64,000 bases of DNA from Mustelus asterias (Eukaryota), in contig NW_027590128.1 of NCBI RefSeq assembly GCF_964213995.1, positions 1,364,001 to 1,428,000 on the forward strand, written 5' to 3'. Below are positions 12,093-23,062 of this stretch, one piece after another (position 1 is the stretch's first letter; every line of letters starts with the position of its first letter). The position numbers and the translations under genes were made by a program. The notes below the pieces were generated by a model that had not been told where the DNA came from, did not search any database, and saw nothing but the letters and a program-made list of their open reading frames with translations.

Positions 12093-12379
12093 CAAACTTT
12101 AAACATCTGCCTCCTCCCTATCAATTGTAAGCCTAATTCTTTTGACCATCCTCCTTATTTTTCCCCAGTTCTCCCCCAAGGACGCTGCTGACTCTGGGGT
12201 TCAGTTTCACATTGAGCTATTCCACTCCCCAATATGTCACCCAGGTGTCTAAATTTTTACACCTGAATTTTGCGAAGGCGGCTTCGCTATCAATTCCAGT
12301 GACTACCCAGATGTACATTATATCCGGATGGGGTCACTTCGCCTCCTCCCCATCCCATCCATCGCAGTCCCAGGTGTTT

Positions 12380-12730
12380 GGAGACTCGGCTCCGGCCGAG
12401 TAATGGCGGCCGCGGCTCCCACAATCCCCCGCGCTGAGGAAATCGCTCTATTCGCCGGGTGGGACTGCGCATGATGAACCCAGAGAAGTTCTGCGCATGT
12501 GCGGAGGATAGCGTTTCCCATTGGCCAACAACTTCGAGCGATCCAGGGTCAAAGTGTCTCCCACTCACTTCCGCTGCACCACTGTCTTCATGAGGGGCAT
12601 TGACCAATGGGAGGAATTGGAGGACCGGAAGGACACTGGTCCTCCAGCCAATCAGAGTGCGGGCTTTGTGACAATGCAGATTGGATTTCAGACAGACGGA
12701 AACCTCTTCCTGTCGTCAACATCTGTCAGT
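12380..12730 (+). promoter_or_regulatory. CpG-island promoter and first exon of ZNF-2
   Basis: TGCGCATG x2, ETS-like CACTTCCG, two CCAAT boxes, inverted repeat TGGAGGACC/GGTCCTCCA; candidate donor GTAAAA at 12729. Confidence 0.65.
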
Positions 12731-14149
12731 AAAACACTTTGTTTTCTTCTCTCCTTTTTCTTCTCATTCTGGGGTTAAATTGGGGACTTGCAGCAACTGA
12801 AGGGAAAGGAAGTGAATTCAGGGAGCTGCAGACTCTGGAAAGGTTGGCCCAGGTATCTCTCTCCCTCTTAAAGACATTGCCATCCTTTGCTTCCTCAACT
12901 TGTCACATTTATTTGTCTGGTTAAGAGGATGGTCTCTTTCCTAATGTTCACAATTTAAAGGGGTGATTTCCCGAGGAAATAGCTGAAATTTAAGGGGCAG
13001 TAAATTAATATAGGACAGAGATGTGTGCAGTCTTGTAAGATGATACAAATTAGATATATTATGCATGGTCCAGTAATAAAGTTCATTTTTTATTATTTTT
13101 AGTTTTCTTAATACTGTAACTAAGTCGTTTATTTTCAGTAATCGGGTTATTGTATCACACAAGGAGTCCATTCAGCAACTCAAGTCCATGCTAACTCTCT
13201 GTAGAGCAATCCAGTCAGTCCCATTCCCCCTTAAGTTCATAAGATATAGGAGCATAATTAGGCTATTTGGCCCATCGAGTCCACTCCGCCATTCAATCAT
13301 GGCTGATATGCTCCTCATCCCGTCTGTATCCCTGTTCCCCTGCCAGTCTATTTTGACTGCCCATCTAATTTCATTTTGAAATATTGAATGTATCAAAATG
13401 CACCGCCCTCATAGCCAAACAATTGATATTCAAGAACGTTCACTGTTGAAATAGTGTTCTATCTCATAGCCTTGCTGTACTTCTATTTATTAAACTGGTC
13501 CCCTATGTTACATACATTTTACTTCACTAAGTATATTTAGGCATTTAGACTAGCAGCCTGCATGAAGATATCTCAGTACTGGAGAAGAAGCAGTGAGCAT
13601 GGATTTGTTGATCAGCATGAATCAACACCTTCAGGAGAATTGGAAGGGTGTGTTATATATACAGCAGAGTGAGGATACAGGGATAGTGTGTGGGATGGAG
13701 ATGTACAGATCCAGAGGAATGAGAAAGGAAGAAATGTTCCACAGAAACTAGAATTGTCTATTCTGAATTTCTGTTTGATACTGACAGTGATGACTTTTGT
13801 AAACTCATTTTACAGGAAGTTATAAGGGGAAGATTTGCTGCCAGCAATCTCAAAACATGTTAAGGCTTAATAGAGTCACTCAAATGATCAGAACCTGAAT
13901 ATCATCAGTCCTTGAATCTCGAAGAAGAAATATTTATCTGTTTTTTCTGTCACATCAGTGTGACTGGAAAGGCACCAAGAAACACAGAACTGAGTGAGAG
14001 TGTCCAGTACCCTGATTGTCAAAAGACCAGTTACACAGACTGCAAAAATATCACATCATTTACAGCGGGGACAGACGTACACATGCTCTATGTGTGGATG
14101 AGGATTTAACTGATTGTTAAACCTGGAAAGACACAAGGACATCCACACC

Positions 14150-15364
14150 ATGGAGAAACCGGGGAAAGATGAGGATTGTGGTAAGGAATTCCATATCCCG
14201 TCTGCACTGCAAACTCATCAACATATTCGCACTGGGGAGAGACTGTTCCCCTGCTCCAAGTGTGGGGAAGGAGACTGCTCCCCATCTGCCCTGAAGATTC
14301 ATCAATGCAGCCACACTGGGGAGAGGCCCTTCATCTGCTCTGAGTGTGGGAAGGGTTTTCTCCAGGCAGCCGACCTGTGGAATCACCAAGCAGTTCACAG
14401 TAGGGAGAGGCTGTACACCTGCTCTGAGTGTGGGAAGGGATTCACTCAGTTATCCCACCTGCTGACACACCAGCAAGTTCACACTGGGGAAAAGCCGTTC
14501 AACTGCTCTGAGTGTGGGAAGCAATTCAATCATTCATCTGAACTTTTGAATCACCAACAAATCCACACCGGAGAGCGACCATTCACCTGCTCCGACTGTG
14601 GAAAGGGTTTCACTCAGTCATCTCACCTGCAGATACACCAGCGAGCCCACACTAAGGAGAGGCCTTTCAACTGCTCTGAGTGCGGGAAGTGTTTTATTCA
14701 ATTATCACACCTAGTGACTCACCAGGGAGTCCACAGGAGGGAGAGGCTGTTCCCCTGCTCCGAGTGTGGGAAGCGTTTTATTCAGTTATCACACCTAGTG
14801 ACACACAAAGGAACACACACAAGGGAGAGGCCATTCAGCTGCCCCGAATGTGGGAAACGTTTTATCCAATCGTCACACCTAATGTCACACCAGGGAGTTC
14901 ACAGCAGGGAGAGGCCATTCGTCTGCTCCGAGTGTGGGAGGCGTTTTATTCAATCATCCCACCTAGTGTCACATCAGGAGGTTCACACCAGGGAGAGGCC
15001 ATTTACCTGTTCCGAGTGTGGCAGGGGATTCATTCAGTTATCCGACCTGCAGAATCACCAGCAAATTCACACCGGGGAGAGGCCGTTCACCTGCTCTGAG
15101 TGTGGGAAGGGATTCACTCGTTCAGCTAACCTGCAGGCACACCAACGTGTTCACACCAGGGAGAGACCATTCACCTGCTCTGAGTGTGGGAAAGGATTCG
15201 CTCTTTCATCTTATCTGCAGAGTCACCAGCAAGTTCACACTGGAGAGAGGCCGTTTATCTGCTCTGAGTGTGGAAAGGGATTCATTCAGTCATCCCACCT
15301 GCAGACACACCAACGAGTTCACAAGGATTCACAAAGGGATTCACTCAGTCATCCCACCTGCTGA
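14150..15364 (+). CDS. C2H2 zinc-finger protein ZNF-2, 13 fingers plus one degenerate
   Basis: Open frame; Kozak-like CACCATGG at 14150; acceptor TTTTACAG at 13815. Confidence 0.9.
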   Translation: MEKPGKDEDCGKEFHIPSALQTHQHIRTGERLFPCSKCGEGDCSPSALKIHQCSHTGERPFICSECGKGFLQAADLWNHQAVHSRERLYTCSECGKGFTQLSHLLTHQQVHTGEKPFNCSECGKQFNHSSELLNHQQIHTGERPFTCSDCGKGFTQSSHLQIHQRAHTKERPFNCSECGKCFIQLSHLVTHQGVHRRERLFPCSECGKRFIQLSHLVTHKGTHTRERPFSCPECGKRFIQSSHLMSHQGVHSRERPFVCSECGRRFIQSSHLVSHQEVHTRERPFTCSECGRGFIQLSDLQNHQQIHTGERPFTCSECGKGFTRSANLQAHQRVHTRERPFTCSECGKGFALSSYLQSHQQVHTGERPFICSECGKGFIQSSHLQTHQRVHKDSQRDSLSHPTC

Positions 15365-15694
15365 GACACCAGTAAGTTCACAAGTGATGACAGGGGTTGG
15401 ATTCTGTTGTTATTGCTGCTGTTAATCACATCCAGGACTGAACCATGTTCATTCTGACAGTTGGTGAAGTGGGAGGGTTGGAGAGTTTCTTTCTGTTGGA
15501 CTGGCCGGTCTCACAACTTTGTTTCCAGTGGGTTGATCTCTTTGAGTTTGGGAGAGCACATTTCCACTGAAATGATTCGCAAAAAAAAAAGCTGATGAAT
15601 GTGCCAACTCGACACAGCCACCCAAGGCTGGAATCGAACCCGGGTCCCTGGGGCTGTGAGCCAACTGGTCTAACCACTGTGCCACCCATATCAT

Positions 15695-16580
15695 GGACCC
15701 CCAGCAAAACTGGAATCAATGGATATCAAGGGGCAAACTCTCTGCTGGTTGGACTTATACCTGGCAATTAGGAAGATGGTTGTGGTTGTGGAGGGTCAGT
15801 CATCTGAGCTCCAGGACATCAATGCAGGGATCTCTCAGGGTAGTGTCCGAGGCCCAACCATCTTCAGCTGCTTCATCAATGACCTTCCCTCCATCATAAG
15901 ATCAGAAGTGGGGATGTCCACCAATGAATACACAATGTTCAGCACCATTTGTGACTCCTCAGATACTGAAGCAGTCCATGTCCAAATACAGCAATATCCA
16001 GGCTTGGACTGACAAGTGGCAAGTAACATTCATGCCACATAAGTCCGAGGCAATGACCATCTCCAACAGGAGAAGATCTAACCATCACCCCTTGAGATTC
16101 AAGGGCATTACCATCACTGAATCCCCCTTCCATTATCAACATCCTGGGGGGTTACATTGACCAGAAACCCATAGATACTGTGGCTACCAGAGCAGGTCAG
16201 AGACTGGCAGCCCTGAGGAGAGTAACTCACTTTCTGACTCCCCCAGCCAAAGCCCGTCCACCATCTACAAGACACAAGTCAGGAATGTGATGGAATACTC
16301 TCCACTTGCCTGAATGAGTGCAGCTCCCAACAACACTCAAGAAGCTCAAAACCATCTAGGACAAAGCAGCCCCACTTGATCAACACACTAACCACAAACA
16401 TTCACTCCCTCTACCACCGACGGACAGTAGCAACAGTGTGTACCATCTACAAAATGCACTGCAGGAACTCACCAAGACTCCTTAGGCAGCATCTTACAGA
16501 CCCAGGAACATTACCATCTAGAAGGACAAGAGCAGCAGATACATGAGAATGTCACCACCTGGAAGTTCCTCTCTAAGTCA
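15695..16580 (+). mobile_element. Degenerate CR1-group LINE RT 3' fragment (distinct family)
   Basis: AGISQGSVRGPTIFSCFINDLP, QAWTDKWQVTF motifs with frameshifts. Confidence 0.8.
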
Positions 16581-16911
16581 CTCATGTCAGGAAAACAGAG
16601 GTAGTTTTAAGTGATCTATGTTTGTGTTGTTAAATATTAGAAATAAAGTATAGATTTAAGTAAGTTTGATTTAGTGTTTCTGTGTAGGAAGAGTAGAACT
16701 TTGGTTGGATTCATGTTGAACAAAGGTGTTTGCATGTGTGGGGGATAGGTTTCAATTGAAATTGTATTCCTGTTGTGCTGAGAGAGTTTATGGCATGAAA
16801 AATAAATGTGCAGTTGGAGAAATAATGCATTGTTGCATAGTAACCAGGGGCACCTTTAGGGTAGAAGGTTTTTTGAGTGTAGTATTAGTTGAATTTATAG
16901 TCTTTGGTCGT

Positions 16912-17520
16912 GACTTTTAAGGGGCGTCTTGACAAATACATGAATAGGATGGGAATAGAGGGATATGGTCCCCGGAAGGGGAGGGGGTTTTAGTTCAGTC
17001 GGGCAGCTTTTACTCTTAATATAGCTGTAGAACATCTTGGAATTTTCTTTAATCTTATGTGCCAGATCCATATCATACCCTCTTTTTGTCCTCCTGATTT
17101 CCCTCTTCAGTATTTTCTTACACTTTTTATAGTCAGAGTGATTCACTTGTCCCCGATTGCCTAAACCCAATGTATGCTTCCTTCTTTTACCTGACCAGAG
17201 CCTCAATCTCCCTTGTCTGCCATAGAACCCTAAATTTACCATTCTTTCCCTTCATCTTAACAGGAATATACTGCCCTGGACTCTTGATATCACACTTTTA
17301 AAACCTCCCATTTGCCAGTCATTCCTTTCCCTTCAAACAAACTCACCTAATCGACATCTGCGAGGTCCTGCCTAATGCCCACAAAAGTGGCCCTGCTCCA
17401 GTTTAGGGCCTTGACCTGTGGACCTGTCCTATCTTTCTCCAGAACTATTTTGAAACTATTGGTGCTCCCAATAGTGCTCCCTGACTGACACTTCAGTCAC
17501 TTGCTCGACCTCATTTCTTA
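16912..17520. mobile_element. CR1 fragments (3' end on +, internal piece on -)
   Basis: 16912-17007 nearly identical to 5926-6021; minus ORF REIRRTKRGY..KIKENSKMFYSYIKSK is CR1 ORF2. Confidence 0.75.
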
Positions 17521-17685
17521 ACTGTCTAATAGAAAGTGAGTCCAGGAATTGATAATGAAAAATAAGGAGCTGGGAGATGAATTGAACAAGTATTTTGCCT
17601 CGGTGTTCACAATCGAGGATACAGTTAAAACTCAGAAACAGCTGTAAATCAGAATAGTAATTAATTAATAATAATGAATAATAAA

Positions 17686-17980
17686 ATACAGTGCAGGAGG
17701 AGGCCATTCAGCCCATCGAGCCTGCACCGACAACAATCCCATCCAGGCCCTATCCACATATTTCCCTGTTAATCCCCCTGATACCAAGTGACAATTTATC
17801 ATGGCCAATCCGTCTAACCGGCACATCTTTGGACTGTGGAAGGAAACCGGAACACCCGGAGGAAACCCACACAGACACGGGGAGAATGTAGAAACTCTGC
17901 ACAGACAGCGACCCGAGGCTGGAATTGAACCCGGGTCCCTGGCGCTGTTAGGCAGCTGCACTAACCACTGTGCCACCGGG
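17686..17980 (-). mobile_element. HE1-like SINE (tail type B, CR1-like)
   Basis: tRNA-like head, shared core, tail GATGGGCTGAATGGCCTCC. Confidence 0.85.
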
Positions 17981-18036
17981 TCACATGTCAGTGCCATCGC
18001 CCGACTCCAGCCCAGTCTCAGCTCATCTGGAACCCT

Positions 18037-18116
18037 CATCCATTTCATTGTGATGTCACACACTCACACCCATTCCATTGTGACATCACACTCTCACCCA
18101 TTCCATTGTGACGTCA
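18037..18116 (+). repeat. Three 28-30-bp tandem units, each carrying a CRE-like octamer
   Basis: CATTCCATTG-TGATGTCA (18051), -TGACATCA (18081), -TGACGTCA (18109). Confidence 0.8.
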
Positions 18117-18119
18117 GGG

Positions 18120-18720
18120 CTTCACTCTCCGATCACAATCCCTGCCGGCCTCCCACATGCAGCCTCAATGGCGGCAGTCAGCCCGGGTCTAACACTACAA
18201 GCTGCAGCTCCATTTGGTACAAAGGGGGGGACCGGCAATTTCACTTCCGGGGTCTGGGTTTGAACAACATGTTTACAAAGTCTCTCCACCCACCCGCCAC
18301 ATTTATCATTCCCCGCGCGCCCCATCTACCTCGTATTGATCTGACTTCCAAGTTAAAACCATCCGCCTTTCCGTCGCCATTACCCGCACTGCGCATGCTT
18401 CAGATCCCGCCCCTTATTCACTCCGATTGGTTGGAGGACCAGCCGCTCCCGCTCGGTCCTCCAGCCCCGCCCCCTCTTTCTATTGGTCCGGAGCTGCCGT
18501 CAATCAGTGCCCGGGTATTGTGATGTGGAGCATGCGCAGTGTCATTGCTGTCCTTGGCGCTTGTTTGTCCCGGAGAAGCGGAGTCAGCGTTAGGCGGTGG
18601 CTGGGAGGATTTGGAAACACTTTGTGGATCCGCAAACCCTTCAGAATCATTGTCAGCTCCCTGGTTTGCAGCTGCGGGGCTTCTCCCTCCCGGGAACAGG
18701 CCCAGGTTAAGGGCCCCATC
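18120..18720 (+). promoter_or_regulatory. CpG-island promoter and first exon of ZNF-3
   Basis: CACTTCCGG, TGCGCATGC (18390), GCATGCGCA (18530), ATTGG x2, GC boxes; donor GGAACAGGCCCAG|GTTAAG near 18706. Confidence 0.7.
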
Positions 18721-19164
18721 CTGGCTCAGCCACTGGAGGATGGTTCACATCAGAGGATGGGGGAGGGGGACAATAAATAAGAGGTTACACTTTGGCCTCA
18801 AATCAATGAGGACTCTGATCTCTGGGAAGGAAGGAAACCCTGGGAGGTGTGCGGGGAGGATTCACAAACACCCGCTGGAGGCCCCAACACCCCCAGTAAA
18901 AAGCTGCAGCTCCCGAGTTTGCAGCTTTTTCCCGGGAGGGAGTTGGGGAAGTTTTGTGGAGACAATTCCTGGCTGGTTCAGTTCGTGGTTCCTGGAGCTC
19001 AGAAACCCCGAGTTAGAATCCTGAACCCCACAGTGAGTGGTTGTTTTATTAAATACGTTTTATTTATTCATCATCTGTTGAAGAAAATATTAATTTGTTT
19101 TGAAAAATCATTTTATAGCATTTGTGAAAATACCCATTAAAATAGCAATTCTCCCAAAGTATTT

Positions 19165-19495
19165 CATAGAATCCCTACAGTGCTGAAGGAGGTTATTCGG
19201 CCCATCGAGTCTGCACCAACAACAATCCCACCTCGGCCCTGTTCCCGTAACCCCACATATGTAACCTGCTAATCCCTCTAACCGACTCATCCCAGGACAC
19301 GAAGAGGCAATTTAGCATGGCCAATGCACCTAACTGGCACATCTTTGGACGATGGGAGGAAACCGGAGCATCTAGAGAAAACGCACGCCGACATGGGAAG
19401 AACGGGCAGACTCCACACAGACAGTGACCCAAGTTGGGAATCGAACCCAGGTCCCTGGAGCTGTGAGGCAGCAGTGCTAACCACTGTGCCGCCTA
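19165..19495 (-). mobile_element. HE1-like SINE (tail type B)
   Basis: Full-length family match. Confidence 0.85.
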
Positions 19496-20462
19496 CATTG
19501 CTGATGAGAATTTTAATTTACTGACTTGGAAATTAGTTCTCGGGAATAGTCATTCTGAAAATGACCATTAAAATGTGTTTTAATTTACCCCATAATGCCA
19601 GATTTCAGTTTGCATTTCAAAATTGAATTGAGAATGTCTGGGAGCAAATGGTAAAATGAGGTTTGAGACACCAGCTGCAATTATTTTCTGTGACTGATGA
19701 TACCTTTGTGCCTGTGCAGGAGGTAATTCCGCTGCTGTTGTGGCACAAATAAAATGGAGCCTTTCCTCGGAACAGGCCCATGTTAATGGTCACTGTGGTG
19801 TTTCATTGGTGAGCAGAGCACATGTGCCCATTGTGGTAACAACAGAGTCAGTGGGGCTGCACGTCCCCTGACTTGGAAGGAAAATAATTGACTCCTTGAT
19901 TGTACTCTCAATCTGCACATGGTCTGGAGGACTGAATCCAGCTGGAGGGAGAGGGAGCTGAGCTCAGAGTGGAGATGGGGCAATGAGTTTGATTTCAGCT
20001 CAGGGACAAGAGAGAGTGTGTGGGATGGGGATTACAGCTCAAGATAAATAAGATGGAGAAATGTTTCGTGGAAACTGAAATTGTCAGTTCTGAAGTAGTT
20101 TTTTAAAACTCTTTTTGCAGGGAACTAGAAGAGGAGGATTCACAGACATTCGATTCATCATGACCTGCTTTTGACAGTGATTGCTTATGATTGCTTTTGA
20201 CAGTGGAGGGAGAAATAGTTCCCTGTTTTGTCAGTGGAAGAAATTTTCAAAATTCAATGTGACAGAAAAAGAACTGAGACACACACACACACACCCAAGT
20301 GAGAGCGCTCCAGTGAACTGACTGTGGATAGAGCTTTAACCAGTTACACAGCCTGAAAAACACCACACCATTCACAGTGGGGAGAAACCATACATGTGGT
20401 CTGTATGTGGATGAGGCTTCAACTAATCAACCAACCTGGAGAGACAGAAGGACACCAGCACC

Positions 20463-21455
20463 ATGGACAAACCGTGGAAATGTTAGGATTGTGGTAAAGG
20501 GTTCAATTATCCATCCCGGTTGGAAATCCATCGATACGGTCACATTGGGGCTGGGAAAATGGAGAAACCATGGAAATGTGATGATTGTGGTAAAGGATTC
20601 AATTATCCGTACTTGCTGGAAAACCATAGACACAGTCACACTGGAGAGAGGCCATTCATCTGTTCTGTGTGTGGGAAAGGATTCACTACCTCATCCCACC
20701 TGCTGTTACACCAGCGAATTCACACTGAGGAGAGGCCGTTCAGCTGCTCCACCTGTGGAAAGGGGTTCTCATGTTCATCCAACCTCAGTGCACATCAGCG
20801 AGTTCACACTGGGGAGAGATCGTTCACCGGCTCCTTGTGTGGGAAGGATTTTGCTGGGCCATCCGGTCTTTGGTCACACCAGCGAATTCACACAGGAGAG
20901 AAGCCATTCACCTGTTCTGTGTGTGGTAAGAGATTCACTCTGTCATCTAACCTGCTGTCACACCAGCGAGTTCACACAGAGGAGAGACTGTTCAGCTGCA
21001 CTTCCTGTGGAAAGAGGTTCAGGTCTTCATCAAACCTCAGTGCACACAAGCGAGTTCACACTGGGGAAAGGCCGTTCACCTGTTCCACGTGTGGGAGGGA
21101 ATTCACCAATTCATCCGGCCTCCTGTCACATCAGCGAATTCACACTGAGGAGAAGCCATTTATTTGCACATAGTGTGGAAAGAGTTTCAGGCAGTTATCA
21201 ATCCTCACTGCACATCAACACACTCACACTGGGGAGAGACCATTCACTTGCTCCATGTGTGGGAAGGGATACGCTCAGTCTGGCAGCCTGCATTTACATG
21301 AGCTCACCCACACTGGGGAGAGGCCATTCACCTGCTCTGTGTGTGGGAAGGGATACACTCGGTCATCCCACTTGCTGACACATCTGCAAGTTCACAATTG
21401 CCTGCAGGAGTTGGATTTTGCAGTTACTGCAGCTGTTAATCACATCCAGGATTGA
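20463..21455 (+). pseudogene. ZNF-3: C2H2 array with two in-frame TAG stops (could still make a truncated 6-finger protein from ATG 20559)
   Basis: Single frame from ATG 20463; TAG at 20484-20486 and 21171-21173 (CT*C); one finger has Cys>Gly; frame continues to 21455. Confidence 0.8.
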
Positions 21456-22340
21456 TAGTCTGACAATATTTGGTTTGTTTCTGCTGACATTAACAATCGC
21501 GACAACTGGCTGAAGTTTAATATTCTGAGATGTCACTGATTTTCAGGGCTGTTGTGTCCCTTTTTAAAAGCACCATCTGTGATTTTTTAATTTCAGGAAC
21601 TCTCAACAGGAACTTGTTTATAATAAGTTTATGAACTTTTCCTGCAATCTTAAATTGATGTTTGGTGCAAACTGTACAATTCAGTGTCTGAAAGGTTCCA
21701 CTGCTTAAGATTTCCAATTAGAAAATGCTGACAATTCTTACTGACTTGCACATTATTCACAGTGACACTTCCACGATCACATTTAATTATCAAGGAACAT
21801 AAAACAATGCACAGATACTTGTTAGCACTGAACTTGAATATTGCTGAAAAGAGAGACCTGTTGCTGAATCTCTTCATCATGCACTCATCAGGACAGAAGA
21901 ATGCCAAATTTCAAATGATCACAATTGGTGGACTGTCATTGACTTGAAGCATCACCATGGAGAAATCAATAGAAGATTGTAGGTTTCTCAAGCTTCTGGG
22001 AAATTCATAAAAGGTGCAAGGCTTGAAAATTCTCCTTTTGTTTGCAGGGAAAGGATCGCTGCGTATAAATGTAAGTTGCTTCTCACAACTGTAACTATGA
22101 ACTCGACTGATTATCTTCAATTGAATATGAGTGCAGCTATTGGCACACTCAGGATTGTTCAGCAAGTGCTGCCCAGTCTGTAATCACATTAAACATTGTA
22201 TTTTTGGTTTTGTGAGTGTCGGCTGCAAAAAAAATCACTACCTATTCTGCCAAATCAAGGAACATGCTGTTTTATTCTATCAGCCACTCACTGGGATGTA
22301 CAGCCTAGTACCCAGCACTGCACTGGCAAAGATATTCATA

Positions 22341-22550
22341 GTAAGAAGTCTAACAACACCAGGTTAAAGTCCAACAGGTTTATTTGGAAGCAAAAGCCAC
22401 TAGCTTTCGTCAGGTGGGTGGGAGCCTGACAAAGGAACAGCGTTCCGAAAGCTAGTGGCTTTTGCTTCCAAATAAACCTGTTGGACTTTAACCTGGTGTT
22501 GTTAGACTTCTTACTGTGTTTACCCCAGTCCAACGCCGGCATCTCCACAT
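22341..22550 (+). mobile_element. Short fold-back Penelope pLTR insertion
   Basis: 14-bp TSD CAAAGATATTCATA (22327-22340, 22551-22564); ~68-bp inverted arms; hammerhead-like CTGACAA..GGAAC/GTTCC..GAAAGCTA at 22426-22454. Confidence 0.9.
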
Positions 22551-23062
22551 CAAAGATATTCATACCCAGCCTTGCTCATTTGTGTTGGAGGCTGAATGCC
22601 TTTTTGGTGCTGGCAGCTAATTAGTGGAAAGTATCACTCGTGTAACCACGACATAGTCGCAGAATGAAACAGATTAGTGTTCCCTCTGTATTGTGCAGCC
22701 TTGTGATTGTGCTAAAGGCCATCACTTTCAGATCTGAAAAGTGCCTGGGTCAAGGTCAAATTACCCCAGAAAGGGACATTTTCTCTCAAATCTGAAGCAA
22801 CAGGTGAAGCAAATCATTTCACACTGAAACACATCTTCAACGTTGCGGTAGTTTGTTCAGTTACACACTTGGTGGTCACGTGACTCTGGTTGTAGCATTC
22901 CTGAGCCTCATTGGAGGGATTCCTCACATGAGCCGAGTTTGAGGAGAGTATCTCTGGCCTCCAGTGAAGCAGCCGCTGAATCTATTCCTGGAAAAAACAC
23001 ATTTGGAATATTGTGATAATGCTGTCTGAATCCATCAGGACAATTTTGTATTCACTTGGGTG

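Noticed and set aside
16585-16900. Possible LTR fragment starting TGTCAGG
   Set aside because: No second LTR, PBS, TSD or internal ORF visible.
17801-19024. 240-aa and 161-aa ORFs
   Set aside because: They span a SINE and a GC-rich CpG island; no recognisable domain.
22341-22550. DNA-transposon MITE or pre-miRNA hairpin
   Set aside because: The arms are Penelope pLTR sequence with an asymmetric tail and 14-bp TSD, matching the ends of the GIY-YIG-containing copy.
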